A DNA stretch of 61,202 bases, filler included, from Squatina squatina (lineage: Eukaryota), in assembly GCA_031763465.1 (NCBI GenBank). It is 4 parts of 4 records of this genome, joined end to end, with 100 filler letters (N's around TTAATTAATTAA, not from the genome) between each part and the next. Parts side by side here need not be neighbours in the genome. Positions count along the whole stretch, not along the records: positions 42,483 to 61,202 come from JARFOE010000004.1; 3 more parts are not named here. One strand, written 5' to 3'. This document shows positions 50,545-61,202 of this stretch, piece after piece; positions within the stretch are counted from its first letter, which is position 1, and each line of letters opens with the position of its first letter. Under the pieces are notes generated by a model. It searched no databases. It was not told where the DNA came from and saw nothing but the letters and a program-made list of their open reading frames with translations. The position numbers were made by a program, and so were the translations under genes.

Positions 50545-52575
50545 TGTCGCATATTCGCTAAACCTGAAGTCTTCCCGTGTGATCGACAGCTGCCCCGACA
50601 CTCATAACTTTTTTTGTATCAGCAGACAGCCGTCAGCTATCTCGTGGTTCATGTGACAGGTAATTAAAGGCAAATGGATGTTTTGGGAAAGTATTGCAGA
50701 GGAACACACACACACAGTGTTTCAGGCTTCAAAAGTGAGTAGGATCTTTATTATCTTTAGCAACACTTCACTCGACACACAATAGGTTGAAAAGGACTGA
50801 GGAAGACCAGCGCTTTCCAATCCCAAGTTCGAATTAATGTGCCCCAATTTAGATAGGCCATCTGAATGGCCCCTAAATGATAGCCCACTAAATCTACACT
50901 CTAAGAGACTGGCCTTTGAGTCCCCTGTTTGGACCTCTGACTGTTCGGGCGAGTATAGACCCACGTGTTGTATGCTCACCTATCTGAAGTTACTGCGCAG
51001 TCGGGTGCCTCATGGATCTCACTGATGGCGTCCTAGCACTGGGGTGGAGATCTCGCACCTCAATGTCTTCTTCGATGGCCCGGCAAGAATCTTTACCGAC
51101 CACAGTCTTTCACACTTCTGTTGAGCGGTACGCTCATTCAGGAGATTGTCCTTCTATCTGTTTAGGTGTCTCAAGGAAAACGACCCCACTACCTCACCAC
51201 GATGTTTTCTGTAGGTCACTGGTCTCCCTCCTGATGATTGCTCTCTGTGTGTCTCGACATTGCTAGTGAAGCGGAGCTAGACGAAGCTCAAACTAAGCTA
51301 AAACGACCGAACCTGAAACGAATCTCATCGAATCGAATCGAATCTTGAATCTCCTCGAATCTTGAACCTTCTGTTGCCTCTTGCTGAGAGCCAGTTATAC
51401 TGTTGAATGTGATTTCAAATCGCGCCAAAGTCTGTCTGGCCTGCACTGAAAAATTAAATGCACTTTTCTCAAATTCCTGAGCAAATACCAGCTCATCCTC
51501 GTGCCTTGAGGTCTGGCTATCCCTCGGGGAGGAGAATTGCTCTCCGTGGGGTTTCTGAGCCCCTCACCTGGGATTTGTTTTCTCATTGAATAGTTTTTCG
51601 ATGGCCGGCTGTCTGGCCCATCGACTTGGATTGCTGTATTTGACACCTTTGTTGTCTGACCTCGCTTGGAACAAAGCCCTTTCTGTATTTTGGATGGGCT
51701 TGATTGCTTCAAAGCCCTTGTGGTTTTGAGAACCAAATTGTCTCCTTTAACCGTTTTCCTAATGAATGGGCCGGGGATACTGGCCCATGTCAATGATGTG
51801 TATTTTGCCAAATGTCCTCTCAACTAGCTTATCGAGGTTAATGGTCCGGGTGTCTGGCCCATGTGTATTCTTCTCCTGGTCTGATTAAAGTCCGTATGGG
51901 TTGGGGTGTCTGGTCCATGTCAAACAAAAGTATCTGTTATTCATCTATTCTTCTCCTCAAGGTCTTCTCATTGATCCCTTTTAGCAGTTAAACTGCAGCT
52001 CATCTCATTCCAGAACATATACCAGTGGTTCTGTTGTTATTTAAAAATCAAGGTGCCGCCAGCTCACGTAGCTGGACTGTCTAATTACCATTTGTGTTGT
52101 CTCTTTGATTGACAGGGTTTTGCAGTAATTCACTGACTGCCAGTTGGTGGTCTGTGTTTTAAATTCCTGGCGCATGTCCAACATTTTGTTCCTTATTGCG
52201 TGGTCCCAGTTTTATGATCTGAAAAACCCACCATGTTGTCCGATTCTTCCACTGGGTTTTCATTGTCTGTTCATCCGGATTTCAATCAATTTAAAACTGT
52301 CATTGTGTTTCTCCAGACTGCAAAACGGCAGTATGTGTTTTCTGAATAATGTCTTCTCAGTCTCACATGGCTGGAGATGATCTAATTACCATCACAAGTG
52401 TCTTTGATTTTTTTGTTCACCTGGTTGTCAGTTTACAGTACACTTGCAGTAAACTTGTCCCTGCTATTGTGGTTTCTGTGTTTTCGATTTTGGTCCATGG
52501 CCCAGTAGTTTGTCTCTTACTGTGCGGGTTTCGGTTATTATGATTTAAAATACAGATTTTCGCCTGATTCTTACA
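50545..52575 (-). mobile_element. 5' LTR (~2.03 kb)
   Basis: TGT...ACA termini; TATAA at 51399-51395; AATAAA at 50752-50747 followed by a GT-rich tract; outer boundary supported by the homologous LTR start at 6420 and an abrupt switch to L2 sequence at 52576. Confidence 0.8.
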
Positions 52576-53260
52576 TATTCAACCCGGAGTTGAGCTTCAG
52601 ACTATATATCTACACCACAACAAAAATCGCTTCTTTCCACCTGCATAATAGCTCTCCTCTCCACCCCTGCCTTAGCTCATCTGCTGCTGAAAACCTAATC
52701 CATATCTTTGTTACCTCGAGACATGATTATTCAATTGCACTCCTGACTTGCCTCTAACGTTCTACCCAACGTAAACTTGAAACCCAAAACTCTGCTCGGC
52801 CTGTCCTACCTTGCACCAAGTCCTCTTCACCAATCACCCCCGTGCTCTCTGAATTATACTGGATCCTGTTTAACCGACGTTTCAATAGTAAAATTCTCAT
52901 TCTTAATTTCAAATCCCTCCGCTGCCTCATTCCTCTCTATCTCCAGAATGTCCCCCACCCACCCACGCCCCCACCCCCCACAAACCCATTGATATCTCTG
53001 GTCCTCTAATTCTGGGTCCTTGTGCATCGCTAATGTTAATCGATCACCATTGGTGTCCGTGCCTTCAGCTGCCTCGGCCCCAAGCCTGTCAATCTCAAAT
53101 TCTACCCTTAAGCCTCTCATTAACTTTTACCGTTTTGGTCATCTGACCTAATTTCTTCTGATGTGACTCGGTGTGAAATTTCGTTTTATAATACACCTGT
53201 CCAGCGTTTGGAACCGTTTTCCTGCTTTAAAGCCGCAATATCAATTCAAGTTGTTGTTGT
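52576..53260 (+). mobile_element. L2-like LINE 3' fragment (ERV integration target)
   Basis: FNPELSFRLYI, AAENLIHIFVTSRHDYSIALL remnants and a CAAGTTGTTGTTG tail. Confidence 0.8.
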
Positions 53261-53299
53261 TATTGGCTGTTCCATTCAAATTGCTTCAAGGCAGAATTT

Positions 53300-53520
53300 G
53301 CCCGTGTGTGGGATCAAGAAGCTCTCGTAAAATTGCAGTTATTGGGAGCCAGGGGGCGCTTTCCACTGGCTGGAGTCATACCTTGCACAGAGTAAGATGG
53401 TTTTGGTTGTTGGAGGCCAATCATCTCAGCCCAGGACTACGCTGCAGGCTTTCCTCAGGGCATATCCCAGGACCAAACAACTTCCATTTATTTGGCAACG
53501 ATCTTCCCTCCATCATCATG
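53300..53520 (+). mobile_element. LINE RT fragment (CR1-group)
   Basis: HWLESYLAQSKMVLVVGGQSSQPRT...FPQG...NDLPSII remnants. Confidence 0.7.
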
Positions 53521-56500
53521 CATGTGCGAGCCAATAGAGATCCATCCAGCCTAATCCCACTTTCCAACTCTTGGTCTCGGTTACGGAAAATCAATGCATA
53601 TCCAAGTACCTTTTAACTGTGATGAGAGTTTCTGTCCCACCATCTTTTCAGGCCATGAACTCCAAACGCCCACCACGCTCAGACTGAAAAGTCCCATCAA
53701 CATCCCCACTAATCCTTCAACCAATTACTTTAAATCTCTGCCCCCTGGTTATTAAATGCATTGCTGGGTGAAATAGCTCCTTCCTTTCCACTCTATTTTA
53801 GGATCCTCATAATTTTATACACCTCAATCAAGGCTTAGTTCCACCTCCTCTATTACACAGAAAACAATCCCAGCCTATCCAATCTTTCCTCATCGCTAAA
53901 CTTCTCCATTCTTGGCAACATCCTGGTAAATCTCCTCTGCACCCTCTTCAGTGCAATCACATCCTTCTTGTAATGTGGTGTTCAGATCTGTACACACTGC
54001 TCTAGCTGTGGTCTAACTAGTGTTTTATACAGTTCAAGCATAACGTCCCTGCTCTGATATTCTGGACTTCGGCTAACAAAGGAAGGTAGGCTGCATGTCT
54101 TCATAACCACCTTATCTACTTGTCCTGCTAACTTCAGGGGTCTGTGGCCATGCACTCCAAGGTCCTTCCGTTCCTCTGCACTGCTCAGTGTGCAACCATG
54201 TATTAATTATTTCCTTTCCTTTTTAGCCCTCCTCAAATGCATTGCCTCACACTCCTCCAGACTGAATTATATTTGGCCACATTTCAGCCCAACTAACCAG
54301 TGCATTGGCAGCTTTCGAATCACTGAAATATCTATGTAGCATTGCACTGTGCCTCCTGCCACTGAGACAAATTAGGATCCAACTTGTCACTTCGCAATGA
54401 ATCCCATGGGCTCTTACTTTACTGACCGATCTGTCATGTGGGACCTTGCCAAAAGCCTTGCTAAAACCCAGATAGAATAAATTAAATGCTCTACCCTCAT
54501 CAACCCTCTTTTTTAACTCCTCAAATAGGTGAGTCAGACAGTCAGCAGGAACTATTCCAGAATCTATAACATTTATGAAGATGACAACCAATGCATCCAC
54601 TATTTCCATGGCCACCTCCTTTAATACTCTGGGAAGTAGCTTATCAGGCCCTGGAGATTTATCAGCTTTCAGTCGCAGTAATTTCTCCAGCACTATTTTT
54701 TTTTACTAATAATAATTTCCTTCAATTCCTCCTTCTCACAAAGCCCGTTGTTCCCTCTCATTTCTGGGAGGTTATTTGTGTCCTCTTCCATGAAGACAGA
54801 ACCAAGTATTTTTTTAATTGCTCTGCCATCTCCTTGTTCTTCATTACAAATATTTCATTTCTGACTGCAGAGGACCTACATTATTCTTCACTAAGCTTTT
54901 TCTTTTTACATAATTGTAGAACCTTTCACACTCCACTTTTATGTTCCTTACAAGTTCACTCTCATAATCTATTTTCCCCTCTTAATCAATCTCTTAGTCC
55001 TCCTTTGCTGAATTCAAAACTGCTCCCAATCCTTAGGTTTGCTACTATTTCTAGCAACTTTCTAGGACTCCTCTTTGGATCTAATACTATCCTTAATTTC
55101 TTTTGTTAGCCATGGTTGGGCTGCTTTTCCAGTTGTGTTTTTGCACTGGAAAGCAATGATTAACTGTTCCAATTCATGCATTAATTCCTTAAATGTAACC
55201 CATTGCCTAATCATCCTCGTACCTTTGAATGAATTTCCCCAATCTATCGTAGCCAACTCGCACCTCATACCTATGTCGTTTCATTTCTTTAGATTTAGGA
55301 CTCTAGTGTCGCATTGAACTACGTAATTTGCCATCTTAATGAAGAACTCTATCTTGTTATGGTCAATTCTCCCTAAAGGACCCCACACAATAAGACTATT
55401 AATTAATCTCTTCTCATTGCACAACAGCAAATCCAGGATAGCCTGTTCCCCAGTTGGCTCCTGAAGTTACTGGTCCAAATAACCATCTCGTACAAACCAC
55501 AGGAATTCATCGTCCACAGTATTATTGCTAATTTGATTTTCCCAGTCTCTATGTAGATTAACATCACCCATGAGTACTGTAGTGCACTTTTTACATGAAT
55601 CTCCAATTTCCTATTTACTGCCTTCCCCGACATGACCACTACTGTTTGGAGGCCTACAGACAACTCTCACTAGTGTTTTCTGTCCCTTGGTGCTTCTTGG
55701 CTCCACCCAGACTGACTCGATATCTTGATTTCCTGAGACAATATCCTTTCCCACTGTCTCATCATTCAGTCTCACAAAGGCCCTATATAACTGCATTAAG
55801 ACATCTTTGCTCCTGTACTCAATCCTCTTGTAATCAACGCAACCATACCATTTTCCTTCCCAATTGCTTGCTGCGCCTGATTTTTTAGCTTGAAGTGACT
55901 CATGTACAAGGATACCCAGGCCCCTTTGACCATTGACATTTCCCAATCTCTCGCCTTTTGTGAAATCATCTGCATTTCTGTTTTTCCGATAAATTCGGTA
56001 AATTCACATTTTTCATCCCCATATTCCATCTGCCATGCTCTTGCCCACTCGCTAAGCCTGTCGATATCCTCCTGAAGCACCTTTGCATCCTCATCACATC
56101 TCCCCTTCCCACCGCGTATTGAGTCATCAGCAAATTTGGATATTTTACATTTTGTCCCCTCATCCAAATCATTGATTTTGATTGTGAATAGCTGGAGACC
56201 AAGCAGTGATCCCGATAGTGCCACACGAGTCACAGCCTGCCAACCTGAAAAAGACACGTTTATCCCTACTCTCTGTTTTCTGACTATTAAACGTTTCGCA
56301 ATCGATGCCGGTATATTAGAAACATAGAAACATAGAAAATGGGTGCAGGAGTAGAATATTAGGCCCTTCAAGACTGCACCGCCATTCAATATGATCATGG
56401 CTGATCATCCAACTCAGTGCCTTGTCCCTGCTTTCTCTCCATACCCCATGATCCCTATAGCCACAAGGGCCAAATCTAACTCCCTCTTAAATATAGCCAA

Positions 56501-56550
56501 TGAACTGGCCTCAACTATTTCCTGTGGCAGAGAATTCCACAGATTCACCA
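53521..56550 (-). mobile_element. Cluster of nested/rearranged CR1 LINE fragments
   Basis: KSPGPDKLLPRVLKEV joined to FSKAFGKVPH; VVCRPPNS endonuclease piece; GSLLGLQLFTIKINDL...KFADD; separate 3' tail at ~56315-56550. Confidence 0.88.
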
Positions 56551-57372
56551 NNNNNNNNNNNNNNNNNNNNNNNNNNNNNNNNNNNNNNNNNNNNNNNNNN
56601 NNNNNNNNNNNNNNNNNNNNNNNNNNNNNNNNNNNNNNNNNNNNNNNNNNTAGATTAAAAATTAGATCCATGCAAAAATCTCCCAGAATAATGTAAAGTT
56701 GTCAATAAATGAAAAGAAATCTGTCCCGTTAAATGTGTTTCACTAACTTTTTTTATGTTGCAGACCCATAGGTGAATTTAAATGGTGAACAAAACAAGTT
56801 CCGACTTTATCAGATGGCTCCTAGATCGGAACAGGACATGCCTGATATTGAACTAATTTGATGCATCATTACAGTCAACATTTTAGATTTTATCCGTATA
56901 AAGGTCTTCTGTCTCCGTTCACGATAGAAATCATGTCTGAAATAAACTTGGTTGCAACTCAGTTTTTGGTGGACTGCTGGTACAAACTGCTGTTATATTG
57001 GCAATGTTGCTGAAAGGCCAAGGATAGCTCCTGTGGGAAATGCAACATTTACACTGGTGCAGTAGTGGACACTTTCCCGAGGTTTAGACTAATGGGATAG
57101 AGTAGATGGAGATTTTTTTGCACATGAGTAGACCTACCTATAAGTATTTGTTGATATGAAATTTGGTGCTTAAATCTCTCCCGTTTTACTTTTGTAGTTT
57201 GACATAATCTTAAATCCACTCTCTCACCAACCCCTCCCCCTCCACAATCACTGATTTTCTTAGTTATTCATTATCCTCTATGTAATTATGTCTTGAATAG
57301 TGGATACCCTGATGAACTAGCGGACGATTAAACTCTTCCGAAGTCTCATAGTTAGGATTTTCTGGGAATTAA

Positions 57373-58360
57373 TACAGGCAAACTTTCACTATAATGAACC
57401 CCCCTTGGGACCGAAAAGAATGTTATATCCGTGTTCACTATAGTAAGGATTGACGATTTGCTGAATCAGAACAATAAAGAAATGAACAATTTGAATTGAA
57501 CAAAATTTTATACTGTTTTTACAAAAACTATACAGTGAACACTGCTTCATATTATTTGTGCTCATCTCAATTCATGCTATCTTGTTAACCAGTCCAAAAA
57601 CATCCTCAGTTCCAGGTAGTGACTGAAGTATTGCACAGTTGTGATTACCTTTCTGAACTCATCCAGTGAAGGATAACTGGTTCTGTTCCTTCCATGTCTG
57701 AGCCACCAGAAGTTTCCACATCCTCTCCCTACTCATTGTCACTGATTCAATAATATTTTCATCGCTCATGGTTGCTTGTGTAGGGGCTTGGATTTCATGA
57801 AATTCAATTTCCTGTCATTTTGTTTCTGACATTCCTGGTGTATCACATTCTTCTCTAACAGACTTCTTTTGATCACCATTTTCTGCAGACCATCCAGCGT
57901 GTTTAAAGCAGTTCACCAAGCACGTTTCTGAACCTTGTTCCCACTAGTCTGCCTGGATTTTGATTACTGCTGTCACTCTATCATCTCCCTCAGTAGGAAC
58001 TTTCTGTACCAGGATTCGAAGCACTGAATAACACCCTGGTCCACAGGCTGTGGAACGTTTGTTGCATGAGGGAGCAGCAAGTGCACAATGATTTCTTTCA
58101 GGTTTTTGACTCTGATGCACAGGAGCAATGTCAATGAACAGAAGCACTTTACGGCATGGAGATTGCATTTCTCTGTCCAACAATCTGATCCATTCAGTCC
58201 AGATGTCGCCAGTTATCCAGGCTTTTTGGTGTTCTTCTACTTTACCAGCAGCATCTTTATATTTTTCAAATACCTGGGATTCGCTGCTTTATCAATTATA
58301 AAAAGGGGCAGACGCTCGGTTCCATCCATGTTTACTCCCAGTAGAAGAATAACTTTGAGT
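57373..58360 (-). mobile_element. Tigger/pogo-type DNA transposon remnant (DDE_1 transposase, 3' part and terminus)
   Basis: LLGVNMDGTERLPLFII, RKVLLFIDIAPVH, QPVDQGVIQ, LVNCFKHAG across frameshifts; TA-CAGGCAAACTTTCACTATAATGAAC terminus. Confidence 0.85.
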
Positions 58361-58374
58361 TATTTAGTATTTGT

Positions 58375-58505
58375 TCAGAATGAAGGCATTATGACTGTTG
58401 CCAGAATACCCGGCATTGACCTGCACAATTCACTGCCTATGTTTGCACACCAGCTGGATGTTGATGCAGTGGAATCCCTTTCGTTTCAAGTATATGGCAG
58501 AGTTA
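58375..58505 (-). mobile_element. PIF/Harbinger transposase fragment
   Basis: YLKRKGFHCINIQLVCKHRQ*IVQVNAGYSGNSHNAFIL matches the Harbinger NRKGxHSxNxQxVC...PGSxHDxxIL signature. Confidence 0.85.
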
Positions 58506-58854
58506 NNNNNNNNNNNNNNNNNNNNNNNNNNNNNNNNNNNNNNNNNNNNNNNNNNNNNNNNNNNNNNNNNNNNNNNNNNNNNNNNNNNNNNNNNNNNNNN
58601 NNNNNAGGGCGGATCTCCCATTTTTATCACTTTAACTGCTCCCACAGTCCAAACCCACCCTCTTTTAGGGTAATATTCAAGCCATAGGAACAGATGCTGA
58701 GCCAAAGAAAGATTAAATACTTGGTCAAAAGGAGGGTCAATCGAGGAGAGAGAGGTGGAGAGGCAGAGTAAGCAGTTTATTCTGGATAAATCCTAAGTAA
58801 ATGAGCCAAAAATGGCTGCACTGTCTGCTCCATTTTAAGTAACAGCCGTCTTAC

Positions 58855-59088
58855 TTTTGTCGAAATAGACTGTTTGCTTCCAGCTCGATTTCTTCCTTTG
58901 TCCTCATCTCTCCTCTTCGTTCTAAGCGACGAACTCTCTCCTCTGCATTGACTGTGAGCAACAGCACCAAATCTGGTGGAACTAGATCCTGGGGCCACTG
59001 GTACAATTCATGGTGAGGTGGAGGGAGGTTCGCCACCTTTCCACTGACTTCTGTTCCGATTGCATACGCTGCAGTGCTGTGCCAGAAT
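58855..59088 (-). CDS. CMPK2: UMP-CMP kinase 2, internal coding exon (234 bp)
   Basis: AG/GT bounded; (R)FWHSTAAYAIGTEVSGKVANLPPPHHELYQWPQDLVPPDLVLLLTVNAEERVRRLERRGEMRTKEEIELEANSLFRQK. Confidence 0.95.
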
Positions 59089-59599
59089 CTAGAATATAAC
59101 ACAACGTACCCATTCCTTATAAAGACATGCAGTATCTTTAAAAATTATGATGAGTTTGTAACTTGTGAGAAAGATTGTCAATAATTTGTGCAATTGATGA
59201 ATTAGTGAATGTCTTAAATTTTTGTGATCATTATTTGGAATAGTTTAATTTACCCTGTCAACAAGGCCCAGCTTCTTTGTTGACTTCATGGAGGCCGGTC
59301 ATTAAATGGAATAAGTACTGCCAATTTACAGAGTTATGTTCTGCTTTGTCAAAAGATGTATTGGGAAGTGTCAGTTTATCTAATAATTTAATTTTTTAAC
59401 GTAAGAAACGAGAAAACCTAACATAATATCCAGCACAGTCTGCAAATTACATTTTATTGAATTTTACTGGCTAGTTTTTAATGACTAGTTCATCAACGAA
59501 ATAGCAATTGAATTGCTGTTTGAAATTACATCGTCGAGTCCAAAGAATAAAAAAGCTCCAGTCAATAAACATATTGACAGCAAATTGGACTCTACCCGA

Positions 59600-59670
59600 C
59601 TCACAGGAACAGGAGTAGGCCATTCAGCCCCTTGAGCCTGTTCCACCATTCAATTAGATCATGGCTAATC
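59600..59670 (-). mobile_element. CR1 LINE extreme 3' end
   Basis: AGGAACAGGAGTAGGCCATTCAGCCCCTTGAGCCTGTTCCACCATTCAA. Confidence 0.75.
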
Positions 59671-60194
59671 NNNNNNNNNNNNNNNNNNNNNNNNNNNNNN
59701 NNNNNNNNNNNNNNNNNNNNNNNNNNNNNNNNNNNNNNNNNNNNNNNNNNNNNNNNNNNNNNNNNNNNNNCTTCTTGTGTGATGTAAAATTATATGATAA
59801 TCTTCCGTACAGGTATGTCGCTTGCTTAACAGCAATCTGAATTTCTGGCACACTGACAAATTAGTTAAATAACCAATTTCTTTTTGGCAATGGGAATATT
59901 TAGCTCTCATTTAAGCAGGTAAGACCGTGCTTGCAGCAGTTGCTAGGTGTGGCATGTAAGCTACCAAGCAATAAATTTAGCATTTATCTGCCACAGTACA
60001 TTATGCAAATTGTACTGGAAAGGCATTCAAACAAGGCAATGTTCATCAGACTGTCAGTATCACATCACTTACTTAATTTTGGTCTTGTTAGAGTTGTATT
60101 TTTCTTTCATAATTGATAATAGCCTTCTACTATCAAGCAATTAAATTGTTAGTTACAGATAATTCTTTCCTCTTTCTTCCAGATTCAGCTTAGA

Positions 60195-60305
60195 ATGACA
60201 ACAGCAAGATACAGGCCTACTTGGGACCTGGCACTGGATCCCCTCGTGTCTTGTAAACTGTGTCTTGGGGAATATCCTCTCGAGCAAATGACGACATTAT
60301 CGCAG
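60195..60305 (+). CDS. RNF144A: RBR E3 ubiquitin ligase RNF144A, first coding exon (cut by gap)
   Basis: Acceptor TTTCCTCTTTCTTCCAG ends at 60182; MTTARYRPTWDLALDPLVSCKLCLGEYPLEQMTTLSQ (N-terminus and start of RING1). Confidence 0.95.
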
Positions 60306-61202
60306 NNNNNNNNNNNNNNNNNNNNNNNNNNNNNNNNNNNNNNNNNNNNNNNNNNNNNNNNNNNNNNNNNNNNNNNNNNNNNNNNNNNNNNNNNNNNNNN
60401 NNNNNGAACAGCAGGTCACCTTTGTTGTGTGAAAATATTATCTGCTTCTGAATAATTATTATTCATAAATTCAGCAAATCATATGAAGTTGTGTTAATTT
60501 GGCAAAGGTCTGTATTAACTGCATAAGTATATGGTGATGAAAATTGCCAGTTATATAGAGGGAATATTTCCACTGATCATTATTTATAGCAAAATTGTAA
60601 AAGCTTACATGCATTCCCCCATACATTTGCCCGTAGTGTTCTCCATAGTGTCTGCCTATTGTGGTACTTGATGTATGGCCATTAGCATCTGTCTCTCTGT
60701 TCCTCTTTGTTCTTGTTTAAAATTACTAATTTGTGAAACATGCGGAGAATAGAGAAATCTTTTGTCCCCACTGGTAAATATTTTAGATTATAATTGACTC
60801 ATCAGTTTTAGGTAATAACTTTATTGAATGAGTCTAGTTTTTTTCATAATTACATAATATAGTAATCATGTTTTATCTTTTTCCCCTGTTTAGGTAGTTG
60901 GAATATTTGCAGGATTTGGCCTTTTGCTGTTGGTAGCATCACCTTTCCTCCTCCTTGCCACACCATTTTTCCTCTGCTGCAAGTGCAAATGTAACAAAGG
61001 AGATGATGATCCTTTACCCACTTAGGTCTGATGCCCAGAAACAGAAAACAGGACAGTGGCATTTTATGAACATTCTTTCCTATTTTACCTATCATCATAA
61101 ACTGCCTTATTTTGACCCACCGTATATCCTCGTGCCAAAATTTGCTTTCCCGATTTGCACAACTAAATCCCACTCGAGTCTGAGAGAGCGCAGTCTTTAT
61201 CC

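Larger units (their letters stand above)
44284..52575 (-). mobile_element. Endogenous retrovirus, lokiretrovirus-like, decayed; 3' end lost in gap
   Basis: Order on the minus strand: LTR, PBS, gag (CCHC), protease, RT (YVDD), tether, RNase H, env with furin site and fusion peptide. Confidence 0.9.

Noticed and set aside
51395-51823. 142-aa ORF in U3 as an accessory gene (sag/bel-like)
   Set aside because: Non-ATG start, no recognisable domain, overlaps the U3 repeats; cannot be supported without copy-level conservation
44284-52575. Calling the ERV a foamy virus
   Set aside because: Long LTR and YVDD fit, but it has a CCHC knuckle, an Arg-like rather than Lys1,2 PBS, gag and pro in one frame, and an F-like env

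Overview
Vertebrate genomic DNA, most likely from a cartilaginous fish (inferred from abundant CR1 LINEs and SacSINE1/DeuSINE-type SINEs). The assembly is gappy, with many 100-N gaps, and the window is four pieces joined by artificial N44-TTAATTAATTAA-N44 linkers (18239-18338, 30261-30360, 42383-42482). Recognisable host exons: PANK1 coding exons 2-4 (minus), one internal CMPK2 exon (minus) and the first coding exon of RNF144A (plus). Most of the rest is transposon debris (CR1, L2, RTE, SINEs, MITEs, Tigger/pogo, Harbinger) plus a SINE-derived 33-bp minisatellite. The standout feature is a decayed endogenous retrovirus on the minus strand (44284-52575). It has a ~2.0-kb 5' LTR, a tRNA-Arg-like PBS, gag with one CCHC knuckle, a TGA-C in frame with protease, RT (YVDD), tether plus RNase H, and a deleted integrase. 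Its spliced env is laid out like a pneumovirus/paramyxovirus F protein (lokiretrovirus-like) and appears to carry an extra N-terminal immunoglobulin-like domain. A diverged LTR of the same family starts at 6420. All family assignments are by eye and recalled motifs; no database search was run.
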